Shown piece by piece: positions 1 through 11,027 of a DNA stretch of 64,000 bases. Below the pieces are notes generated by a model. The model was given only the letters and a program-made list of their open reading frames with translations. It was not told the DNA's origin and did not search any database. Position 1 is the first letter of the stretch. Each line of letters opens with the position of its first letter. The translations under genes were made by a program, and so were the position numbers. The stretch spans positions 6,882,001-6,946,000 of the forward strand of contig NC_043003.1 of assembly GCF_006345805.1 (NCBI RefSeq), in the 5' to 3' direction. The stretch comes from Octopus sinensis. Its lineage: Eukaryota.

Positions 1-149
1 CTTTTTATGTGTCACAGGCACAGGTGCCAGAGGAGGCTGGTAGCAGCCACAATCGGTTGGTGCTTTTTACGTGCCACCGACACACACATACATGTGTCTG
101 TACACACATTTAAACCATAAAAAGAGCCTCAGCTCTTTTATCCATTCCA

Positions 150-560
150 AGTAGTCCATCTATAGCACCAAGGCAATGTTCTTGGTGCAGTGATATTGGG
201 TTGCTTCCCCTTCTGCTGTTAACTTGACAGTTTTGTGGCAACAATAAGGGGGAACGATAATCCCAGCAACTAAGAACAAATGTTCTCTACAGGTGCAACA
301 TTGTTACCTTTTGTTATGTTCTGAATGATCTCAGAATTCAACCAGTTAGTTGCCTACATAATGTTGCTATCTTAGTAATATGGACATGGAACAATGCAGA
401 ACCCCATGGTCCCGTGTGTTCTAATAGTAATCGTTTTGTAGGTCAATACTGGAGTGCTTAGAACTTGTCAGCATTTAATTGCATATCGTTTTCTTCCGCC
501 TACTTGTTTATTGCAGTCAAATTATTCTGTAGAGGCATCTTCAGGGTCAATCGATGCTCA
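150..560 (-). mobile_element. Decayed CR1/L2-type LINE RT fragment
   Basis: Minus-strand translation with stops: AEENDMQLNADKF...HITKIATLCRQLTG*ILRSFRT...LHL*RTFVLSCWDYRSP, typical of the post-RT region of CR1/L2 ORF2. Confidence 0.65.
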
Positions 561-696
561 GAATAAAGTGTACAGTCCAAAGACAAAACCAAAAATGACC
601 TGCAATTAGTTTAAACCAAGGACACAAGAGATTTTGTCCAAATCCTTAAGTACATGGCCTCATTTTACTTTCATCTCTCTTTCATATTAGAGATAG

Positions 697-1084
697 GTGG
701 AGGCGCAATGGCTCAGTGGTTAGGGCAGCGGACTCGTGGTCGTAGGATGGCAGTTTCGATTCCCAGACCGGGCGCTGTGAGTGTTTATTGAGCGAAAACA
801 CCTAAAGCTCCATGAGGCTCCGGCAGGGGATGGTGGTGATCCCTGCTGTACTCTTTCACCACAACTTTCTCTCACTCTTACTTCCTGTTTCTGTTGTACC
901 TGTATTTCAAAGGGCCGGCCTTGTCACTCTCTATGTCACGCTGAATATCCCCGAGAACTATGTTAAGGGTACACGTGTCTGTGGAGTGCTCAGCCACTTA
1001 CACGTTAATTTCACGAGCAGGCTGTTCCGTTGATCGGATCAACCGGAACCCTCGTCATCGTAACTGACGGAGTGCTTCCATTCC
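697..1084 (+). mobile_element. Full-length tRNA-derived SINE (family A, GGAGGCGCAATGG head) with 11-bp TSD
   Basis: A-box TGGCTCAGTGG and B-box-like GTTTCGATTCC; ATTAGAGATAG flanks it at 686-696 and 1085-1095; homologous to 11824-12480 and 32640-32990. Confidence 0.9.
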
Positions 1085-1126
1085 ATTAGAGATAGAAAGT
1101 GTAAAGTGAAATAGTTTAATACTTAC

Positions 1127-1164
1127 ATTGGTGAGCTTACATCTTCTACAGCATCTTCAAATAT
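1127..1164 (-). CDS. 38-nt micro-exon of the divergent gene (IFEDAVEDVSSP-M/I); gene continues beyond the left edge
   Basis: Strong acceptor cctttcacctttattcacag, consensus donor GTAAGT at 1126, open in the phase-0 frame that fits exon 4906-4953. An alternative internal donor GTAAGC lies at 1140. Confidence 0.6.
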
Positions 1165-1640
1165 CTGTGAATAAAGGTGAAAGGTGAAACTTCAAAAACT
1201 ATCACAGCAAATAAGTTTGCCATAGAGCCAGCAACAGAACATAAAGTATGGCACAATCAGAACTACATCAGACAAAATATTTCACAGTATTTAGTTACAA
1301 CGTTTTATGTTCTGAGTTCAAAGGGTCAACTTTACCTTTCATCTATCCAGGGTGAGTAAATTCAACTACAAATCAAGTACTAAGGTTGATAAAATTGACT
1401 GCTTCCCTCCCAACAAATGGTCCTGGTTGGAATATCTTGATCATAAGTCTACCTTGAAAGTTACCTGGGACTAAACAACAACAATCCTGTGACAGACCAG
1501 CATCCTGTCCAGGTGGGGTTACCTATACACCAATGAAACTGGGAAACTGGCACTTATGAGCCAGGCATGGCTCAAGAAGGTACAAACAACAAACAACAAC
1601 AATAGTCATTGTACACACCACACACGATCTTTCTACAGCA

Positions 1641-1647
1641 CTACTAT

Positions 1648-1710
<63 letters not shown>

Positions 1711-1725
1711 ATCATCATCATCATC
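1641..1725. repeat. (ACT)n running into the (CAT)n tail of an RTE 3' element
   Basis: Direct inspection. Confidence 0.95.
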
Positions 1726-2350
1726 GTTTAACGTTCACTTTCCATGCTAGCATGGTTTGGACGGTTTGACTGAGGGCTGGCGAACCAGATGGCTGCACCA
1801 GGCTTCAATCTTGATCTGGCAGAGTTTCTACAGCTGGATGCCCTTCCTAACACCAACCACTTCAAGAGTGTAGTGGGTGCTTTTTAAGGTGCCACCGGCA
1901 CAGGGGACAGTCAAGCAGTACTGACCTCGCTCAAATCTTTTTACACATGCCACTGGCACAGGTGCCAATGAAGAGACGTTGGTAATGATCACGCTCGAAT
2001 GGTGCCCTTTTACATGCCACGGGTACGGAAGCCAGTTGGCTGCTCTGGCAACGATCATGCTCGGATGGTGCTCTTAATACCCTACTAGCACAGTCACAAG
2101 TGCCAGTAAGGCGACGCTGGTAACAATCATACTTGAATGGTGCCCTTTTATGTGCTACTGGCACAGAAGCTGGTTAGCCGCTCTGTCAACGATCACACTC
2201 GTATGGTGCTCTTTGCACCCCACTAGCACGGATGCCAGTCATCGAATTGATTTTGATTTTGATTTCACTTGCCTCAACAGGTCTTCGCAAGCAGAGTTTA
2301 GTGTCCAAGGAAGGAAAAGGTATGCATAGCGGGCTGGTTACGCTCCTGGC
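1710..2350 (-). mobile_element. RTE 3'-end element (representative of ~25 copies)
   Basis: (CAT)nCGTTTAACGT..CCATGCTAGCATGG..CAGCTGGATGCCCTTCCTAAC. Other copies: 2860-3190(-), 7676-7785(+), 10105-10385(+), 10385-10850(-), 13540-13795(+), 16520-16690(-), 17895-18245(+), 20305-20585(-), 20940-21420(-), 26995-27345(-), 27700-27865(-), 31470-31865(+), 34205-34600(-), 37495-37850(-), 38915-39310(+), 42825-42990(-), 44335-44710(+), 45632-46055(-), 48628-49110(-), 50875-51040(+), 54675-55050(-), 55080-55350(-), 63660-64000(-). Confidence 0.88.
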
Positions 2351-3520
2351 ATAGGCCACCCATATACCAAAAGACATTCTGTTCTCCACTCTATACACCG
2401 CTGAAAAGGATTTGACTATCACAACACATACAATACAGCATGTCCTGACTTCTACCTGAGAGCATCCAGAGCAAATAGCCACTACCTGAGCCAATGGAAG
2501 AGTGTTTATGTGGTAGCTCTGTCTGTTAGAAATAGATGTATCATCCTCATTATTTTACATCATTTCCCATGCTGCTATTGATTGGACAGATAGACAAGTC
2601 AGCATAAACCAGGTCAGTTCTAACTTGAAATTATTGCCTTCATAAATGGATCAGTGAATCACACCTCAATCTCATGTTTCATTTTTGGTTAGGCATCTAC
2701 AGCTTTATGTCCTTCCTATCAGCAACCATTTTACAGCATACTAAATGTATTTTAATCATATCACTAGCAATACTGAAGTTGCTGCAAGTGTGTGTGTGTG
2801 CACCAGTTAAAACCAGTGTTGTGTTTATATGCTGTTACTTTATGTCATGTAATAAATAGTCATCATCATCATCATCATCGTTTAATGTCCGTTTTCCATG
2901 CTGGCATGGGTTGGACAGTTCGACTGGGGTCTGGTAAGCCTTGGAGGCTGCACCAGGCCCCAGTCTGATCTGGCAGTGTTTCTACAGCTGGATGCCCTTC
3001 CTAACGCCAACCACTCCGCAAGTGTAGTGGGTGATTTTTACGTGCCACCGGCACAGGTGCCAGGCGAGGCTAGCAACGGCCACGTTCAGATGGTGTTTTT
3101 TATGTGCCACCGGCACAGGTATCACAACTAAAATTTCCATTGATTTTTGATGTTGATGTACTTTACTCAATCGGTCTCCTCAAGCACAATAAAATAATAC
3201 ACGAGTGAAAAAAGTATTGGCGTCAATAAAATCGACTGAACACTTGAAACCAATTGCTCCAGCATTGCCGCAGTCCAATCTCAGAAACCAATAAAAGTGT
3301 ATATAACGAGATGTTAATACACAACAACAACAAAAAAATGAAGATTGATCAATGATAATAGTTGTTATAACTGTTGATAGCAGTAACTATCAATTTTATA
3401 GTAAACATTGTAACAGTAGGAGGCAAGGTTGCCATTTAGTCCGTTACATAACATTAATATTTACGGAGATGTACTTGCATAGCAAGTGACGTGATCTGAG
3501 ATCGTGTGCGGGAACGAAAA

Positions 3521-3761
3521 CAATTGCAGCGTGGAAGGTGTTTATAAAGCCATTTAAGAAACACACCAAAACCGTTAGATTTACTTCAACATTTAAATTT
3601 AATTTGCCAAAATATTTTCATCGCTTTGAGACTGCGACCTTTTCACTCAGGTCTCAAAGCGACGAAAATATTTTGACAAATTAAATTTAAATGTCGAAGT
3701 GAATCTAACTGTTTTTGTGTGTTTCTTAAATGGCTTATAAACACCTTCCACACTGCAATTG
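3521..3761. repeat. Foldback/MITE hairpin, ~112-bp arms, ~18-nt loop
   Basis: CAATTGCAGCGTGGAAGGTGTTTATAA...TTTGAGAC (3521-3632) is the reverse complement of GTCTCAAAG...TTATAAACACCTTCCACACTGCAATTG (3651-3761). Confidence 0.9.
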
Positions 3762-4905
3762 ATGACATTAATAGTTATAGATGTAGTAGTAATAACCGTA
3801 TCATGTGCGTACTTTATGACCGTAATCGTTACAGTACAAATGTGTGTGTGTGTGTGTGCGTGCATGTATGTATTATGTATATATGTATGTACGTGTGTGT
3901 GTGTGTGTGCATGTATGTATTATGTATATATGTATGTACGTGTGTGTGTGTGTTACTGTGTATTTTAGTGCAAAAGAATATGGTAGAAAAGATTTTTGTT
4001 CTTAATATATATTTCTTTACTGTCCACGAGGGGCTAAACACAGAGGGGACAAACAAGGACAGATAAAGGGATTAAGTCGATTACATCGACCCCAGTGCGA
4101 AACTGGTACTTTATTTATCGATCCCGAAAGGATGAAAGGCAAAGTCGACCTCGGAGGAATTTGAATTTGCTAAATATAGTCATGAGTGTCGTAATGTAAT
4201 AATAAGAATAAGAATATTCGAGTTAGGTTCATAGTACGGAATGGTAGACCGATTGTCACCGACGGACTGTCTGTTTTGTGTTTATCGTCCGCCATCTGGT
4301 AGATTTTACACCATCCAATCCGTCATTCCTTCCTTCCCACCCTCTTATTTTCTCTTATCTTAAATATTGATTCCGCAGAACGTGACTGTAAACAATTCTA
4401 TCTGAATCGACTACATTTATATGAATAACAATACCAAATTATTTACAACCAACGAGATCGCTAACATCTGGTTTAACAACACATCTCACCCAGCGGTGGT
4501 CTGCACGGCAAAAGATTCATCGTCTGCTAAATTTCACCCCCATAGGCTACTCGAGCAAACTTGTCAACAAACGGTCGTTAATTGTAACCAGAAAACACAT
4601 TGAACCAGCACATACATTAATTAATTAAGCTGGAAATTAATACTCGGAAGCTAGAATTTCATTTGTTTCTTTCCTTCTTTAGAAACAAGTGGAAGATGTA
4701 AACGATATTTGATGAATGCATTGACGCGATCATTTTTCTGTCAATCAATCGATACACGTGTGGGTGTTAAAGAAAGAAAAATGCAACATAAAAATGAAGA
4801 GAAGGGGAGAATTAATTTATCGATCGTTAGAGTTTCATCAAATATTATGGACAGTTCGAAACACGAAATATTACACGGTGGTGGGAGTTATAAAAGTCAT
4901 CTTAC

Positions 4906-4953
4906 ATCGCTGCAATTGTCTTGCTTCGTTCTCCCAACTTCCGAGGCGGCCAT
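4906..4953 (-). CDS. First coding exon of a divergent gene (MAASEVGRTKQDNCSD)
   Basis: ATG GCC GCC start at 4953 in a CpG-retaining region, 16 codons, phase-0 donor GTAAGA at 4905; head-to-head with Asterix. Confidence 0.6.
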
Positions 4954-5289
4954 TCTGAATCTCAATTTGCATTTCTTACTCAGAAACCGTTCACATTTTA
5001 GTACCAAATATATCTTTCAAAACACATCAGTATTTAAAGTCAACAGATTTTAAACAAGATACATCATATTTTCTATCATAATTATATTCGTATTTCATAT
5101 TCTTTTTATTTCAATAAAGATAATACTAATCTATGCAAAAATTCCATCACTGTGTTACTGTTTGCAGTAGTTTCCGGTTCCGGTAACGACACGCAACATT
5201 TTGTTTTGCTGGATGTCGTCTTCTTGTCGGTTTTTCTAGATTTTTACAATTATATATTATTTATTTGTCTGTTATACTATATTATTGTC
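4954..5289. promoter_or_regulatory. Putative bidirectional promoter / 5'UTR region
   Basis: Lies between two divergent ATGs 337 bp apart; CpG dinucleotides are retained relative to flanks; tandem TTCCGG TTCCGG (reverse ETS core CCGGAA) at 5172-5183. Confidence 0.6.
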
Positions 5290-5357
5290 ATGTCTGCTTC
5301 AACCGTTCCGTCTGTCAATAACGCCCATGATCCAAGAAGACCTAACAAAGTCACACG
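5290..5357 (+). CDS. WDR83OS: Asterix exon 1 (coding part)
   Basis: ATG at 5290, [23 protein letters not shown], donor GTAAGC at 5358. Confidence 0.95.
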
Positions 5358-8300
5358 GTAAGCCTCAGATATATATTTAAACATGGGGATAATCTTCGTG
5401 ATCGCTGGTCTTGCCATTATAAGCCTTAATCTCCGTCTGCTGGCCTTAAAAAAACAGGAAAACACGAAGGATACACTGTATAATGCGGTGTTAGCTTTAT
5501 ATATAAAAAAAAATGGAATTGATCGTGTTTTCTTAATCAGGGCTGACCTGGGACGAAAGCGCAACTGGAAAGAGGTGTGAGGCAAATTTACGGCAGAAAA
5601 CTATTATTAATGCCGTGTTTATGAGTACTCATTGTCTTGGTATTTCGACTCGCACCAAGTTTGCCTTATTTCTCCTTATCTTCTCTGCTTTATAACTCTG
5701 CGATGTTTAAATATACGAAAACAAATCCAGGCATAACTATAACTACAGATTTCTGCCCCTACCCCCGACTTTGGATGATCATAACTCAGAAAAATGGATA
5801 TTTTTTTTAATGAAATTGTCTACGAATATGTGTTATATCATGTAGATTTCGAATATACAAAACTTGGGTGGGGAGTGTTTTAGGAGGAATTTCGTAAAAT
5901 TCACCGGCGTCCACTTCAATTCGTTTTAACTTTCAAGAAAATGGATACTTTTTTTTAAAAACTCTCTAATATACCTCGGACTATGCAGATTCCGAGAACA
6001 TAGGAATTTTGGGGGAATCAACATGATATAACACATATTCGTAGAAAATTTCATTAAAAAATATCCATTTTTTTGACAGTTATGATCATCCAAAGTCGGA
6101 GGTGGTGGGCAGAAATCTGGGTCAAAATAGCTGTAGTTAAGCCCAAATTTATGCAGTTTCGTTTTGTGCCAGGGAAAAGCACCACTGATGCTATATTTCT
6201 GGTAATATAGCTGTAGGAGAAATACCTTAACCAAAGATAAACCTCTGTACTTGGCTTTTGTTGTCATGGATAAAGCCTTTGACAGGGTCCTTTGATCCCT
6301 TATCTAATGGTCAAAATAGGGATAGACGAGTCATTGGTGAGAGCTGTACAAGCCATGTACAGGGATACTGTTTGTAAGTTGAGGGTTGGCAACGAATATA
6401 GTGAAGAATTCAGGGTACAAGTAAGGATTCGCCAAGGATCAACCCTCAGTTCCCTCTTGTTCATCATAGTCCTCCAGGCAATAACAGTGGAATTCAATGC
6501 TGATGACCTTGTTCTTATAGGTGAACCACTAGCAGAACTAGAAAAGAAGTTTCAGGTGTGGAAGCAAGGTCTAGAATCAAAGGGTCTTAAAGTTAACCAA
6601 GAAAAACCCAAGTCTTATTAAGTGGGAAAGCAGACAAACCACAAATCCCTTCAGGTAGATGGCTCTGCTTGATCTATAGAAAAGGTGTAGGTAGAAACAC
6701 CATAAGATGTGCCACGTGTAAGCTTTGGACACTTAAGAGGTACAACAATATCAGGAAGGTTAACAGGGAAGATAGTTTTTGTATACAGAAAATAGATTCT
6801 TTCAGATGCCAGTGGGGAAAACTAGTAGTAGATAGCTTCTATTACCTTGATGACCAAGTCAGAAGCAGGGGTGGATGTTCCGAGAGCGTAGCTGCTAGAA
6901 TAAGAATAAGCTGGGCAAAGTTCAGAGAGTTCCTACTTCTGCTGGTAACAAAGGGCCTCTTGCTCAGGGTGAAAAGCAGACTGTATGATGCCTGTGTGTA
7001 AACAGCCATGCTACACGGCAGTGAAACATAAGCTGTGACCTTAGAGGACATCTGTAGGCTGGTAAGAAATGATGCTAGTATGCTTCGCTGGATGTGTAAT
7101 GTCAGTGTGCATGCATGACAGAGTGTAATCCACCTCAACAAATTCTGTCCGATGCAACACAAGTAAAATTCAATGAAATTCATTTGCATTCAGAAAAACG
7201 GCTGTGACTAAATGACAGGATGGGTTGCAGCTGGATTGTCTTTTATTTATAAATCTGTTCGAGTAGGACTGACTTATGGTAAAATAGCTTGTCCTGTATT
7301 TTCACTCCATTTTTATCTTCGTTATGAGGTTCGTTAACAACAGCAATGATGATGATTGTATTAGGTGAAGGGGGGGAGGAGGGGATATAGACTTCCTACA
7401 CTTATACTAAATCTGTTTCAATCCTAAGCTTAATTTATTCTAATCCATTCCAATCTGATTGTATGAAAGAATCCCATTTTTTTTTAATGGTTTAATTAAA
7501 CTGAAAGGAGTGTTAACAGTTCTATATTTGAGAGATGAGCAATTATTTACAATTGATGGATATTTGTCCTCATCTTGTTTGTTGTTAACACGTTTTAGCT
7601 GATATACACCCTTGGGGAAATTTCGAACCTGGGTTCTCATTCCTAAGGTATTTTTTGATGTTGTTATTATTATTGAAGGGCATCCAGCCGTAGAAACACT
7701 GCCAGATCAGACTGGGCCTGGTGTAGCCTTCTGGCTTCCCAGACCCCAGTTAAAACAATGATGATGATGATGATTATCAATCAGGTCACTGCCTTGAATC
7801 GAACTCAGAATCTTGGGGTTAGTAAACCATGCTCTTAACCCCTACGCCATATGCCTGTGGCCAATTATGGAGTGAATTTTAGGGCTAATAAATCTAATAT
7901 TTTCCTATCCTTCCTTAATACCGGTTCCCATATGCTGCTCTAATTGCACTCAGGCTGCTTAGGAGGTTGTTGTGTCCTAGCATATGTGCTGCTTCTTTTA
8001 GTTTTCATATTTTCTAGTGATGTTCTCTGTCTATTATTTTAACTTCATCCCTCAGGGGGAGGTGGTCTCCATTTTTCCATACATGATCAGCTATACCCGA
8101 TTTATCAATATCTCCTCGTGTCACAGCTTTGTAATGTTCCTCTACCCTTATTTTGAGGAGGCGGCATGTTTCACCTTTGTATAACCTACCACAGCTGCAT
8201 GGGATGGAGTACATGCAGTCTTTGGTCCTTCTGTTGGTGGTTTTACTCGAACGAAATATTTGTGAAGTGTTGTGTTACTCTTGAATACTGTCCTGATGTC

Positions 8301-10996
8301 ATATGAGCCGCATATCTTTTGTATCTTTTCGGGGAGGCCTTTCACATAGGGTAGACAGACTGTGGACAGTTTATCGGTTTCATCTTCTCTTTTCTTTATA
8401 ATTGGAGAGGAGAGTATGCTTTTGGGGTAGTTGTTGCTTAATAGATTGTTATTGAGCTTGATCATTTCTTTGTGGTGGGTATCAGGATCGTTACTTATAT
8501 TCATTGCTCAATGTTTAGACACTGAGCAATCTCTTTCTCTCTCTCTCTATATATATATATACATGTTTGTGTTCATTTGTCTTGACTGCATTTTTTTTTT
8601 CAGATAGTGTGTCTAAGACCACATTATCAAATGTATCTGTCCTTTCATTTAAAGATTCTGGTGTAATTTGGAGAGCACTCAACTGCTATTTCTAGCCTAT
8701 CAATCAACCAGTTGGTTCATCAACACTAGTTATAAGCCAGCTGTGTCTGTTCTATTCAAATTACATACATTACAGATAGATGCATTCTGTATTTATTTCA
8801 TATAAGCTAGAAGTAGCCTCTACTCAACCCATTAGAAATAGCAGCCATACATTCCTCAAATCACTCAACTGTCTAAGAACGAAGTGGTACAATAAAAAAT
8901 TGACAAATATTGTTTGATGTGACTCTTTGCTTATAAACAAAATACAACTAAATAGCCATAGTTGGAGTGTCTTTCATCATAGAGCTGATTGTCCGTAAGT
9001 CTGACCAAAGGTTAAGGAATAACAACATTATTTGTTATTTATAAATTTTGATTTATGCTTTATTAAGTTAATTTCTAAATTTCTTCCAGGTACAAGTCCC
9101 CTCCCAGTGGTGGACCAGTCGATGACCCCACCCCAGATTATATGAACTTACTGGGTATGATATTCAGTATGTGTGGACTAATGATGAAAGTAAGTAACAC
9201 ATCTACAATTTCAGGCTTTGTTTCATGTTTATTGTTGTTGTTTGAGAGATAGAAGTGATGGCCGAGTAGCCCCAGGTCAGCCAATCTTCCCTGTTACATC
9301 CTATCTTCACCTAACTGATGACCATCCCCATGCAGAGAGAATTCATGTGGGATTTAGTATGACAGTTGGGACATAGAGAACTCTTCCCATTGCCCAGTCT
9401 GTTTCTCTTGGCCAACAAATTCTGATAATGGTTACCATGGAGACAGGCGAAGTGGACACAATCAGAGCTGGTGGTGGGGTATATCCCAGCACAGTATATA
9501 AAACCAGGAAGACAACTGGCATTGAGGGTGTTTTAGGGTAGATTGCACTGGATGCAATTGGTCTTATAAAGCCAGTTCTGCATTGGTTTGGACTGGAATG
9601 GGTCCTGTACCAGTGAGTGGCACAAGATCGGTGAAAGGGTCAGAATATGTGCTGCGGTGTCTTTAGTTACACTGGAAGCAATGTCTGGTAAAACAGAAGA
9701 TGAGTGATGAAGACACGGGTTAAGAGAATGCATTGTATGGTAAACCGGAAGAGAAATTGACTGGCATCCTGAGTTAACCGACACTGTTGTCAGGTGTGAT
9801 TGTGTGGTAAGAGGCTTGCTTCCCAACCACATGGTTCCAGGTTCAGTCCCACTGCCTGGAACCTTGAGCAGATGTTTTCTACTATAGCCACGGGCCAACT
9901 AAAGGCTTGTGAGTGGATTTGATCGACAGAAACTGGAAAAAAAGCCTGTGATATTAATTTATATATCTGTCTTTGTTTTTGTTTGCTACCAATAAAATAA
10001 ATACCAGGCTTTAAAAAATCCTGGGGTCAATTCATTTGACCAAAATTCTTCAAGGTGATGCCCAGCATGGCCACTGTTTCATAGCAGAAACAAGTAAAAG
10101 ATCATTATCATAACCAGAGCGAGGTTGTTGCCAGTGCCGCTGGACTGACCCCTGTGCAGGTGGCACGTAAAAAGCACTATTTGGGCATGGCCATTGCCAG
10201 TACCACCAAACTGGCCCTCATGCCGGTGGCACGTAAAAGCACCTACTACACTCTCAGAGTGGTTGGCGTTAGGAAGGGCATCCAGCTGTAGAAACTCTGC
10301 CAGATCAGATTGGAGTCTGGTTCGCCAGACCTGTAAAATCATCCAACCCATGCTAGCATGGAAAACGGATGTTAAATGATGATGATCATCATCTAGTGTC
10401 TGTTTTTTCATGCTGGCATGAGTTGGATGATTTGACTAGAAGTGGTAAGCTGGAAAGCTGTAGCAGGCCTCAGTGTGGTTTGGCTTGGTTTTTGGATGCC
10501 CTTCCTAGTGCCAACCCCTCCAAGACTGTAGTAGGTGCCTTTTACGTGTTACTGGCACATTTTACACATCACCAACACTTAGTCACAACTATGATTCCAT
10601 TTGGCTTGGTGCGTTTTCTGAGGCACAGCAAATTGCCAACGGTCTCAATCACTTGTCATCACTTCCATGAGACTCAACATCTCATGTCTTCCTGGATCTG
10701 CCTCTTTCATAGGTTCCGTCCACAATTAGACACCAGCACTTCTATATGCTGCTGTCCTCATCCATATGCATCATATGACAATACCAGTGTAGTGTTCTCT
10801 GTTGCACACCACATCTGATGCCTTTTATACCCAATTTTTCATTGAAGACACACTGCCATTGTGACAAAAAAGAAGAATTTTGTCACAATAGCAGCAATTT
10901 TGGAGAAGGGGATGAGTTGATTACATTGACCCCAGTGTTCAACCGGTACTTAATTTATCGACCCCAAAATGATGGGAGGCAAAATCAACCTTAGCG

Positions 10997-11027
<31 letters not shown>

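Noticed and set aside
699-775. tRNA-like sequences (also 11824, 16147, 21944)
   Set aside because: A/B boxes continue into repeated SINE bodies; no complete cloverleaf, so these are SINE heads rather than tRNA genes.
4489-4530. Possible minus-strand exon (tttag|CAGACG...CTGG|gtgag)
   Set aside because: Poor polypyrimidine tract, and its phase-1 end is incompatible with the phase-0 micro-exon at 1164.
4906-4953. WDR83/MORG1 as the divergent partner, by analogy with vertebrates
   Set aside because: The peptide has no resemblance to the WDR83 N-terminus and no WD40 exon is visible in 1-4900.
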